64,000 nucleotides of DNA from Mobula hypostoma (lineage: Eukaryota): assembly GCF_963921235.1 (NCBI RefSeq), contig NC_086108.1:41294001-41358000 (forward strand), given 5' to 3'. Shown here piece by piece: positions 50,013 through 61,664 of the stretch. The notes beneath the pieces were generated by a model. The model saw only the letters and a program-made list of their open reading frames with translations. It had not been told where the DNA came from and ran no database searches. The first letter of the stretch is position 1; each line of letters starts with the position of its first letter. Both the position numbers and the translations under genes were made by a program.

Positions 50013-50848
50013 AGAATCAGAATAAGAATCACTGGCATACGCTGTGAAATTTGTTGTCTTTGCAGCGCCAGTACAACGTTCAAAGTTCAAAATTCAAAGA
50101 AATATTTATCAGAGTACAGTACATACACATCATGACACACAACCTTGTGATACTTTTTCCTGCAGGTATACTCAGCAAATCTATAGAATAGTAAGTGCAA
50201 ACACGATCAACAAAAGAGCAAGAGCATAGAAAACAACAAATTGTTGAAATGCAACTTAAATAAATAGCAATAAATAACTGAGCATGAAATATCAAGATAT
50301 ATTTCAAGATTATTGAGCATGAAATATCAAGATATAGAGTCTTTAAAGTGAAATAATTGATTCTGGAAACATCTCAATAGATGCGTGTATTTTGATCAAG
50401 GGCCTGATGGTTGAGGGGTAGTAACTGTTTTTGAACCTGGTGGTGTAAGTCCTGAGGCACCAGTACCTTCTACCTGAAGGGGAAGATCTTTGATGATAGA
50501 TGCTGTTCTCCTGCAACAGTGTTTCATGTAGATGTGCTCAAAGGTTGGGAGGGCTTTACCCATTATGTATTGGGCCGAATCCACTACCTTTTGTAAGATT
50601 TTCCATTCATGGACAGTGCAATATATAATAGATAAATGAAATTTGTAGTGCAAAAGTAGAAATACAAAAAGTCGTGAGATAGTGTTCTTGCGTTCAATGC
50701 CCATTCAGAAATCAGATGGCAGGGAGGAAGAGGCTTTTCCTGAATCGTTGAGTGTGTGCCTTTAGGCTTCTGTACCTCCTTCCTAATGGTAGCAATGCGA
50801 CGAAGATATAACCTGGGTGATGGAGGCTCTTAATGATGGATGCTGTCT
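50013..50848 (-). mobile_element. Nested Rex1-type LINE 3' fragments
   Basis: Two tails (cagaatcagaat; gttcaaagttcaaa). ORF 50396-50704 (LQKVVDSAQYIMGKALPTFEHIY). Confidence 0.75.
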
Positions 50849-51226
50849 CAAGTACTGATTAAACCTCCCTGTTACAATGCTATTTCCCCTATATTTATAC
50901 ATCAGTCAATCATTGTCTTACTTCTTGGTAATGTGGAGGATATGCGTCAATTGTCAAAGCTGGCATGTCAGTTTTGTCATTCAAGAGCTGGTGATTTCAT
51001 GTCATCTGTAAAAATGTTGCTCAGAGTGACAACCAGGCAAGGACTGGATCTTTCTTCTAATAAAGGTTTCTTTGATTGTTAGGATATGTCCTGCTATGAA
51101 ACCATATCTTAGGTGCTGTTGAGAAGCTACAATGGTAAACCATATTGCAGATTCCAATTACAAACTGCATATGAGAAGTTTTCCCTTAGATTTCTCTTAA
51201 TTCTGTTCCTTTATTATATATGTCAG

Positions 51227-51253
51227 GCATCTGGTCCTCGATTCGGGACAGTG
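51227..51253 (+). other. Candidate 27-nt frame-preserving microexon (ASGPRFGTV / xIWSSIRDSx / xHLVLDSGQx)
   Basis: ttctcttaattctgttcctttattatatatgtcag|GCATCTGGTCCTCGATTCGGGACAGTG|gtaagc. Open in all three frames; two CpGs in CpG-poor unique DNA. Confidence 0.35.
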
Positions 51254-52399
51254 GTAAGCCAGTGTAAACAGTGTAAACAGCCTGTTCAGACATCTCAATA
51301 TTGTTGTAGCTCTTAATTTTTGCATTCTTCCAATGTAAAGTAGTATCTGTAACAGTGAGGTACTATTCTTAATTATGTCAGAACAAGTGAGCAATCCCAT
51401 GCATACCAGTCTGCCAAACAACTGTAGCAAACAACATCTCCCAGTGTGTATATTTCTGTACTTTTAGCATGTTAGCACCCCTCTCTGTGCTTTTGTATAT
51501 ATTAGTGCATAGCAGATTTACTGCCTGACTTGCATTTTCCTTTTCCCATGTGCATCTGCAGAAGTGATTCTCCTTTTAATTTTAAGGCAGAATGATTCAG
51601 AATTCAACTGGGAGAACACAATCTTCCATCTTATTTCAACGGTGTTTTTTTCTACCTCCTTGCTCATTCCAGATCACTTAGTGAAAACATTTGTTATCCT
51701 TTGTTGATCTCTTGTCTTATTCAGTTTTATTGGTGTCACATTTTTTAGCAATTGTTTTGTCAAACCCAGATCTCTCCCATGTCATGCTTGAGAGATAGTG
51801 CATCATATAGCACCATTTCTTTTCATGGGTTTTTTTGTGAGAATTCAAATAGCTGAAGTCTCAAGAGTTATCTTTATAATCTTGTTGGCACACTCCATTC
51901 CTTCCCTTCTACATGTTCTAGGCATCAATAACCACTTTCTACCACACATTTCCTTCTAGAAAATTTCTCACATCAATATGTAATAGTTAATAGCTCTGTT
52001 TCTATGTTGTCATACATTGGCTTCTGCTAAAATCAGTGTTTTCAATGTAAATGCTATCAGTTTGTTCCAGACTCCTCAGAGCTTTTAACAGAGGCATCTA
52101 CCTGTGAAGTTACAGATTACTTTTCTCCTTTGTGGTGTTACAGATTCACCTCAGTGTGCACAACCTCCTAATTCATTCTGAATATTGGCATTCATTGTTT
52201 TTCATGAAAGGAATAAAAGAACTCATATGTTGGATTAGTGCTAGAATGAGATTTCCATCAAACCACAGAGGTTTAAAGGTGACTCAACTCGTCTTGTCGG
52301 TTCCAGCATTTTGTTATACAAATCAAAAATACTCTTACTGCCCAGCTCCCTTTCACTCACTTTACCTGGTTTTGTTACAGTGAATATCAATCAATTTTA

Positions 52400-53790
52400 C
52401 CCCTAGAAAACAAAAAAAAACTATGGTCTCTGATTCAACCAACCCCTATCAGGAAGAATTTCATTTTCCTGTAATGCCCAATAAAAAATATTTCTGAGCC
52501 CCCTCATCCAATGATGATTTTAAAGCCCTCATCACTGATGCCACACCCAATGGAAATACTCTTTTATTATTCACTCCAACAAAACTAATCATACCTTTCA
52601 AAACATCTATCAAATCACTAACCAATCTTGTCCACTCTGATATTTCACATCCTTCCTCATAGCTACAATTTCCCAACACAGATTCATAGAGTTGTACAGC
52701 ATAGAAGCATGTCCCTTGTCCTACCATGTTTACTCTGACCTTTTTGTGTGTCTTTTCTCATCCCACTTGCTTTCTATGCCTTGGCTATGTAAGTGCCTGT
52801 CTAAATGTCTCTTAAACATAATGATTTATACTCCACCATCTCTTCTGCTGGCAAGTTGCTATTATCTAATGCTCTCTATGTAATAAAAAAAAAATCCCAA
52901 CTCATCCTTAAAACTCCTTCCTCACACATTAAAGCTACTGTATGCCCTACCGTTTTTTTTTACCCTTACAATGAGAAAAGGATTCTGACTATCTAAAGTA
53001 TCACACACAAAACACTGGAGGAACTCAGTAAGTTAGGCAGCTTTGATGGAAAAAAGGCCGAGACCCTTCTTCAGGACTGAGAAGGAAGGGGAAAGATGCC
53101 AGAATGAAAGAAGGTGAGGGGAGGGGAAAGGGGCTAGCTAGATGGTAATAGGTGAAGCCAGGTGGGTGGGAAAGGTCAAGGCCAGGAGAAGAAAGAATCT
53201 GATGGGAGAGATGAGCAGACAACAGGGGAAAGGGAAGGAAGAAGGGACCCGGGGGAAATGAAAGGCAAGTGCGAGGGAGTGGAAGGTTGAAGTGGGGAAT
53301 AGAGGAAAGAAGGGGAATTTGTTCTCCTGCCTTATCCATGTCTCTCATAATGTTATATATCTCTATAAGTCTACCCCTTAGACTCATCCACTACAATGAA
53401 AATAAACCCAACCTATGCACTCTCTCAACAGAACTAAAGTCCACAAACCCGGTAAATCTCCTCTGCCCTCTCTCAGTACAACCAAATCATTTCTATATTA
53501 TGACAACCAGAGCTCCACAAAGTGTAGTCTAAACCAGTGTATTGTAGGTTTGCAATGTACTATCCCAGCATTTATGAACTACATCCTGACCTATGGAGGC
53601 AAGAACAACATGCCCATTTCACCACCCAATCCACCTATGTTGCCAGTTTCATAGAACTATTGACTTCAACTTCCAAGGTCACCTGTTAATTAGCATTTAT
53701 TGGTGCTCTACCATTTGCTGTAAATGTCCTACTCTACTTGACCTTCCAACATACATCACTTGCATACTTCATGTCGCACTTATAGTTTCT
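52400..53790 (-). mobile_element. Old CR1 fragments interrupted by a PLE
   Basis: ORFs 52461-52727 and 53025-53387 (LRGRLIEIYNIMRDMDK). Tail cacagattcatagagttgtacagc at 52680. Confidence 0.7.
53002..53320 (-). mobile_element. PLE 3' fragment
   Basis: cacacacaaaacactggaggaactcag...ggccgagacccttcttcaggactg (partial hammerhead) plus GA-rich UTR. Confidence 0.8.
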
Positions 53791-53923
53791 GAGCCTTGGA
53801 ATCATTACAGTCAATGTATGCTAAATGTTTTCTTTGGCTACAGTGACCCTTCATCCCTGGGATTGGGCACAGTGCTTTTAACAATGGGCTGTCAATAATT
53901 TGGACATATTCATCCTTCCAAGA

Positions 53924-54722
53924 GAAAATCTGCAATGCTAGAAATCCAAGCAACACACACAAAATGCTGGAGGAACTCAGCAGGTCAGGCAGCATCGATG
54001 GAAAAAAGTACAGTTGATGTTACGGGCCGAGACCCTTCGGCAGGATTGGAGAGAAAAAGAAGAGGAGTAGATTTTAAAGGTGGGGAGGGGAGAGAGAAAC
54101 ACAAGGTGATAGGTGAAACCTGGAGGGGGAGGGATGAAGTAAAGAGCTGGGAAGTTGATTGGTGGAAGAGATACAGGGCTGGAGAAGGGAGAGTCTGATA
54201 GGAGAGAACAGAAAGCCATTGAAGAAAGTAAAGGGGGCAGGAGCACCAGAGGGAGGCGATGGACCTCCTCTACTGTCGTGATGAGGCCACATTCAGGTTG
54301 GAGGAACAACACCTTATATTCCATCTGGGTGGCCTCCAACCTGATGACATGAACATCGATTTCTCAACCTTCCAGTGATGACCCTTCCCCTCTTCACCAT
54401 TCCCCATCCTCTTTACCTTCTCTCACCTTATCCCCTTACCAGCCCATCGCCTCCCTCTGGAGCTCCTTTTCTTTCTTCCATAGCCTTCTGTTCTTTCCAA
54501 TCAACTCCCCCTTCTCCAGTCCTGTAGCTCTTTCACCAATAACTTCCCAGCTTTTTACTTCGTCCCTCCCCCTCCCAGTTTCAGCTATCACCTTGTGTTT
54601 CTCTCTCCCACCACCCCATCCCGACCTTTTAAACCTACTGCTCATCTTTCTTTCTCCAGTCCTGCCAAAGGGTCGCAGCCAAAAACGTACTTTTTAGCAT
54701 AGATACTGCCTGGCCTACTAAA
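53924..54722. mobile_element. PLE insertion with an inverted pLTR (minus copy 53924-54258, plus copy 54259-54722)
   Basis: Plus copy encodes the GIY-YIG tail (RLEEQHLIFHLGGLQPDDMNIDFS). 54436-54700 is a diverged reverse complement of 53975-54258. Confidence 0.8.
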
Positions 54723-55114
54723 TTCAACCTTCCACTTTCCATAAAATCTCAGCACTTGCAAGTTAGCTTCTCCTTTAAGTTGTTTATAAGACCTCTTTTC
54801 GTTTAGCTTATCTGTTGCTTTCAAATTCTGTAGTTAATTTAGGTAAGGCTAGTCACAGTTGAAATGTGGTTTGAACTTCCTGAAGGCCTCAGGAATTTGT
54901 TTCCAACCTTTATCAGTATACTATTGTGAAACTGACCTTTAATTGAGCACACCCCTTTAAATTTTACCAACATGTTATTAGTATTCCCTTATATATTTAA
55001 ACTGGTTGAGATCTGGATTTATGACTTAGAAGGAAGATGTTCTGTCCTAGCAAGTTTGAGACCTGCTAGTATATTAGCATGTTGAGGGATCAATTTGAAG
55101 GGTCATGGGCTCAG

Positions 55115-55205
55115 AACGTTGATTGTTTCTCTTTCCACAGATGCTCCCTGATGTGATGAGTTGCCCAGCATTTTCTGTTTTTGCTTCAGGTTTCCAGTAT
55201 CTGCG
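55115..55205 (+). mobile_element. Old PLE pLTR/tail fragment
   Basis: aacgttgattgtttctctttccacagatgctccctga...cagcattttctgtttt...tttccagtatctgc. Confidence 0.65.
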
Positions 55206-56295
55206 TTAATCTTTTATTTTCATTTACACATATGACTTTGTGAGGAACGAACTAGTTTAAGCAGCCACTCTATGCAGCCTCAGTTCACTGTTTTCACTTC
55301 TGTCTTAGTTTTATTCAGATGTTTTTGCCAAATTTTTTAAGATAAATGGAGTATATTTCAAAATCTTCTGGACATCTGTTTTAAAACTGCTTTTAATTTC
55401 TAGACAAATTACTTTGAAGTTCACTCACTTTAAATAGTTGCTTTTGCTGAGCTCATACAGTATATTCTACCTTCCATTAATTGTTTTATTAAAGCAGTGA
55501 ACTTGGTGCCCTCCCTGATTGTGGTTAATAGCCTTTAGAAATTCATTTAGCTTCAATTACCTCCAGCATAAAAGTCATTCACTTAATAATTGAGGCATGG
55601 AGTTCCTCTGATCTGTCATTTAATAGAAGCATTCAATGTGGACCTCAGCCATTCTATAGGGAGAACCATGCCTGGTTTTTATTTTTATTTGGAGATAGAG
55701 TGCGGAATGGACCTTTCATGCCCTTCGAGCTCCACTGACAAGTAACCCCTAATTTAACACTAGTGTATGCTGATTTCATCCAGTGCGGATACCCCTGAGT
55801 CCAGGTGAAGAAAAGGGGTTCATTCCACTGTGCAATTACCTCTACCAGAAAATAAGAAAGTGTACAGACGAAGCATAGGGTTGGAACGGTCCTAGAAATT
55901 CTAGCTGGGTTTTCAAAGGAAATTTAGTTTCACTGTGAGTGAGGCAGGCAGTTTGATATTGCTTACTCTCATTGGGCAGGCTGCCAGATTCAACCAGTGC
56001 TCTGAGCTTACTTTACCCTGAGTATGCTCCCCATGCAGTGCTGAGTCCAAGGTTAAATATGGGAATGGATTAATCTTATCCCAGTGTCTTCAGGAAACAG
56101 TGAATCTATTTAAGTCATATCAACACACAATAGACCAGTCGTTCTGATTTTAAAATCATTTATGAGAGCTGGAAAACCTAATTTGTGAATAGGCAATGAG
56201 TTCAGTAAGTGAATGCTGCATTTAATTCATCTAGTGAATACATTTAAAAATAGTGCTTCTATTAAAGATTATGTTTTGTTGGCATGAACATTTTA

Positions 56296-56676
56296 CATAG
56301 AAACATAGAAAACCTAAAGCACAATACCGGCCCTTCGGCCCACAAAGTTGTGCCGAACATGTCCTTATCTTAGAAATGACTAGACTTACCCATAGCCCTC
56401 TATTTTTTAAGTTCCATGTACCTATCCAAAAGTCTCTTAAAAGACCTTATCGTATCCACCTCCACCACCATTGCCAGCAGCCCATTCCACGCACTCACCA
56501 CTCTCAGAGTGAAAAAACTTTCCCCTGACATCTCTTCTGTACCTACTCCCCAGCACCTTAAACCTGTGTCCTCTTGTGGCAACCATTTCAGCCCTAGGAA
56601 AAAGTCTCTGACTATCCACACGATCAATGCCTCTCATCACTTTATACACCTCGATCAGGTCACCTCTCATCCTCCA
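56296..56676 (-). mobile_element. Young CR1 3' end
   Basis: (acatagaa)2 tail. RMRGDLIEVYKVMRGIDRVDSQRLFP. Confidence 0.88.
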
Positions 56677-56994
56677 AGGAGAAAAGTCTTTTACTAAGAC
56701 CTTTTTTTTACCATGCAATAGTTAATCTGAATAGAAGGTAGTGTATAGCACCGTGAGGAAATGAGGAGATAAATAGCAAATTTAAAGAGTGTCAATAATT
56801 GGTGCATTGGAATTCAGAGGTCAAAACTGAGACTTCTGCCCATATTAATATATATTCAGTATTTGTGTGGCTCAGGCAGAATTACAAAGATTCAGACTGT
56901 AGGCATGCGTATAATAAAGAATCAACACCAACTAGATTCAATTTTTACATTTTTAGACTGAAATCCTTACTTCATGAAAGCAGCTATGTAAAGA

Positions 56995-57895
56995 AATGTG
57001 GTTCAGTGGTATTGCGCTGCCTCACACCGCTGACAGTGTGGCTTCTCTTGACCTTCGGTGCTGTCTGTGAGGATTTTGCCCATTCTTCCAGAGATCATGT
57101 GGGTTTTCCACAGATGCCCCAAGTTCTTTTCACATCCCTGGGACTATTTTCTAAAAGGGGAACAAAAAAATCAAAACTTAGAGGTGCAAAGGGATGTAGG
57201 AGACCATGTATAGAATTCCCTAAAGATTAACTTGCAGGTTGAGTTGGTGGTGAGGAAGACAAAACCAATGTTAGCATTCATTTCAAGAGGACTAGAATAT
57301 AAAAACAAGCAGGTAATGCTGAGGCTTTATAAGGCACTGGACAGACCACAATCGGAGTTTTGTGAACAGTTTTGGGCCTCTTACCTAAAAAAAGATGTGT
57401 GGCATTGGAGAGGGTCCAGAGGAGGTTCACGAGAATGACTCTGGAAGTGAACAGGTTAATGTTTGAAGTGTGTCTGATGGCTCTGGGCCTTTACTCGCTG
57501 GAGGTTAGAAGAACGAGGGGGGACTCTCCTTGAAGTAGATTGAATAGTGAAAGGCCTAGGTAGAGTGGATGTGGAAAGGATGTTTCCTATAGTGAGAGAG
57601 CCTAGAACCAGAGGACACAGCTTCAGAATAGAGGGGCATCCATTTAGAACAGAGATGAGGAGGAATTTCTTTAGCCAGAGTGTAGTTAATAGTGAAATTC
57701 ATTGGCACAGACAGCTGTGGATTAATTGGCCTCTGTGCATTGGACTTAGCATGCAGATGTGTGGGAGAGTCTGCAGGGATTGATGGGAATTTTGGAGAAC
57801 ATTAAACATTGGGATTTGTATAAATGACAGCATGATGGTAGGCATCGACTCCGTGGGCAGCTTCTTCTGTGCTGCATGACTTTACGACTCTATAA
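56995..57895 (+). mobile_element. HE1-like V-SINE split by an internal CR1 fragment (57140-57720)
   Basis: Head and V domain 56995-57139 (gtgctgtctgtgaggattttgcccattctt..tgtgggttttcc). SINE body and CR1-like tail 57721-57895. CR1 RT ORFs 57232-57438 and 57547-57720. Confidence 0.7.
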
Positions 57896-58536
57896 TCTGT
57901 ACAGAAATGAGACAAGCTTAGAAGTATTCTGAAGAAAGGAATGTGTTAATTAGAGCAGTGCTGTTGCAGAAGAAGAGTTCAACTGGAAACAAATAAACCT
58001 ATAGAGCCATCTTGTTCAGGTAATCACAAAAGAAAAGATATATTGTCATTATTAGCACACAGCTAGAGGAAAACTAAAGGAAATCATACTCTTCCTTCAG
58101 CAAGCTTTAATCAATGTCCTGATGTGGTCCAGTGTCAATTACAGGAGGCAGAAATTGGAGATGCAGGTCACCAAGGTGCTATTGACGCAGATTGAAAGGA
58201 AAAGTTAAGGTGGTTGAGTCTAGCAAGGGGAAGCTGATGAACAAATTGAAATAATCGAAGCAATTTAAAATTGGATGACTCGGTACAGTACTCGTTGGGT
58301 GGAATAGTGAATCAATTTGTTTCTGTGTATTGGTTGCTAGCATGATACAGTGCCCCAATTGCTAACTTTAATTATTTAAAAACATTAATTTGTAAGCACA
58401 GAAATATTGGTTTCTTATCTGTCCTTGCACGGCCATTGGGTGAGCCTCTCAAAAGGCGCAGGTATTTTTAGTCTCTATGAATATATTTAAGAAACTGGTT
58501 TTCTGAAGAGGTGATTAGTTGAGGGTCAGTAGGTGA

Positions 58537-58890
58537 AAGTTCAAAGTTCAAAGTGCATTTATTATCAAAGTTATGTATACTATATACAACCTTGAAATTT
58601 GTCTCCTTACAGGCAGCCACAAAACAAAGAAACCCAAAAGAATCCATTAAAAAAGAAGACAGTAAAAACCTTCTTGCAGAAAAAAGCAAATTGTGCAAAC
58701 AATAAAAAGATGCAAATAACATTCAGAACTGAAGTTCACAAAAGTGCGTCCACAGCCACAAGACCAGTCATCACTGCAGCCGATACAGGAACCCGTTAGT
58801 TGCAGGCCACAGCCTCAGTTCAGCACAGTGACGAGTAAAACTCGGGGAGCAGCAAGCTGAATCTGCCTGTACTTGCCTCTGGCCCCAACA
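58537..58890 (-). mobile_element. Rex1-type 3'UTR or non-autonomous retroposon
   Basis: Tail aaagttcaaagttcaaagtgcatttattatcaaag; antisense to the 46640-46712 type 3' end. Confidence 0.65.
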
Positions 58891-60794
58891 GCTGTAAAGG
58901 TGAGTGAATGAGGGTTAACATGTGTGTATAGAGACGAGCGGATGGTAAATGATATAAAGGCCCTTGTAGAGATCAAGTTGCAGACTGAGATACAGCTATT
59001 GTCTAAGAGTGACTGGCAGTGAGTTAGTGAAAGTGTGCAGCTGGATATATTAATTTTTAAGAGGCCAAATGGGCTCTGTTCAAAGATGTTGATTTTGCTG
59101 AGAAGTATTGACCGATACATGTTATTATTGGTGTGCAAATTGGCTAGTGCTCTGACAAGGCAGAGAGAGAGATGCCATGAAGTGTGAATCTCCGCACTCA
59201 TCTAATTCTTAAATACCTCCTGATTTTCACAAAGTTGCAGGATTTGCAAATTAATTGCCAATTAAAATTAAGCCCTGTAATTAATTGCATAAATACCCTC
59301 TTAATGAAGTAATAATTACTTACGACTAGCAGTCAAACTCGCTATCAAGAACATGAACAATCATAATTGTAACGTCTTACTCCGCCAGACTGTATATTGC
59401 TTAAAGAGAATTAACTCACCAGCTTAATTGTTTCTTAACTTTTGTTTCCCTTTTTGTCTTAATTCACTCTTAGTTTGTTTTACTCTCTTGCTTCAATATT
59501 CACAGAATTATAGGTGCTCATTAGTATAGAACTCACTGCCCCTTGCTGTTCACCACTCTCCCAGATTCTTTGTTGTAGTCATCATTTCTACATTATATAG
59601 CTGTCAAAGCAACACTAAAGGCAAAATAAATGAGAAGACTTAATATACTGAACTAAATCCAACTTACACAGTGTCCTACAAAAATGGCTCCTTCTAGTAA
59701 TTTGTGCTTTCATCGTTTAAACATTATGTGACTCATATCTAGTTCATATTCTGTGTTCTAATCAATAGTTTAAGTTAACAAAACTCTAAAATTATAATAT
59801 AAAATAGTAGTTAAGCAGTCACAATATAAATTAACCCAAACATTGACAGCAAAGTGATCATAATCTTAGCAAGAACTGATGTCTTGAAAATGTTGAAAAG
59901 CCCTCATATACAAAAAAAAATGATGACACAGTCGTGTATGAAAGTTTGACGTAACTGGAGCCGTTCTTTCTTTAATCAGCTTTTATTATCTTGTCTTTTT
60001 TCTGTTTCCTAATCTTGGCCTAGTCAAAATAATGGAAGGACTATGGCAGATTTTAAGGGATATCTCAAAGAGATGAAAACTTATTTCGGAAAGGTATAAA
60101 CATGAAACCCTTACAAAGTAAACTGTTATGAAATTTGTTTTTTAGTATGAATAATATTCAGTGATGACCTGAGACATAGTCTGATTAACAACTAAAATAA
60201 ATCCCTTCAAAATATAGTGCAGAGTGTTATGCAAAAGATTTGTTTTAAAGTGCATTATTGTTTGCCATTGTAAATTATTGATTCTTCCAGTCCCAATAGT
60301 TCTCTGTTAATTCATTTCTCCCCTTCACTTCTCCATATGAAACAATTTTGCTGGGTTCTTTCATTGATTTTAGTTTCAGATATTCTACATATTTTATAGA
60401 GCATTACATAGATTATGGAAATCTTGCAAACTGATTGGTTGCTTGCTGGCATTGATTTTTGTTAAGATCCAGAATTTGTAAGTATTTCATTGAACATTAT
60501 TTTATATTGTGGTGCTTTGTGGGTTCTTTAAGTGACCACAAGTCCAGCTACTGCTGCTGTTCTGAGGCGGCGACCTTGAACTTAAAACCACCAGCTTCAA
60601 TGCATTTTTTAGAACATAACTGTGGTATACAAAAAACCACAGAGCTCCAAGACAAAATCATTTTCCCAGTTTCTTGCTTCATTTATGCAAGTGCAAAGCT
60701 GTTCGGTGCAAGAGCAGCTATTTGTCTGGTCTCTGCTGGTGTTCATTCTCTTTGCAAGCTTGCAGTTATCTTCCTTCATCTGATACAAAAGAAA

Positions 60795-60900
60795 AATATC
60801 TGCAAAAGCGAGGAGTCTGAAATATCAAAACAGGGAAAGCTGAAAATGCTCAACAGGTCAGGCAGCATTTGTGGAGATAGAGTTAACATTTCAGATCACA
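60795..60900 (-). mobile_element. Old PLE pLTR/tail fragment
   Basis: atctgcaaaagcgaggagtctgaaat...gctgaaaatgctcaacaggtcaggcagcatttgtggaga. Confidence 0.6.
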
Positions 60901-61664
60901 GATCACTTTACCTGGCTCAGCAGAATGAAAAATGTCTTTCCCCGATACTAATTTATCAATGTTCTCCTTAAATTTCATCTAAGCAATATGTTTAAAGTTG
61001 TGAGTTCCAAATTCTAACCACTCCCCAAGCAGTTTTCCCTCAAGTTTGCTGCTATGACTATCTCATGCTAATGGTCCAATGCTTTTGTTTCCAACAAAAC
61101 TGGAACAATCTAAGTATCCAATCTATCAAACTTAACGTCTTTTTAAGGATATCTATTAGATCTTAACTCAGTTTCTCAATTTATTATTTTTCGATATATG
61201 ACCCCAACCTGTTCAATTTTTACTATGAGTATTTACTATGAATCTTCCATTTCTGGTATACTGTATTTAAACACTCTACCTTTGTACACTGTCACCATTG
61301 TGAATTCAAGAAATATTCATCATCAGTAAGAACATTAACAAGTAGTTTTGTCTTACATCTACTTTATCATCTTTATATTCTAAAAGTTTGGCTTTTATGT
61401 CAATCATGCAAAGTCTAAGCCATTCAATAGTAAAACAGTAGAAACAGAACATCAAATAAATTCCAACCATTTAGTTGGATTTTCAAAGTTTAGGAAAGTG
61501 AGAGGTGAGTGTAAAGATTCCAGATGTGCTTGACAAAGTAAATGCTGTGAGAATGTTTCCCTACATAGGAAGATCAGAGCCAACCTGAAGGGTTGGACAA
61601 TTAGTCAAAGCTGAGGAGGAATTTCATTTCTGAAGGATGAATCATTGCACTTTAAAATATTAAA

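Noticed and set aside
50279..50336. Duplicated tgagcatgaaatatcaagatat
   Set aside because: Ordinary slippage duplication within a LINE 3'UTR.
58815..59201. 128-aa minus-strand ORF
   Set aside because: Ends in a retroposon; no homology recognised; region better explained as non-coding.
60459..60971. 170-aa ORF
   Set aside because: Non-ATG start, runs into a PLE remnant, composition not protein-like.
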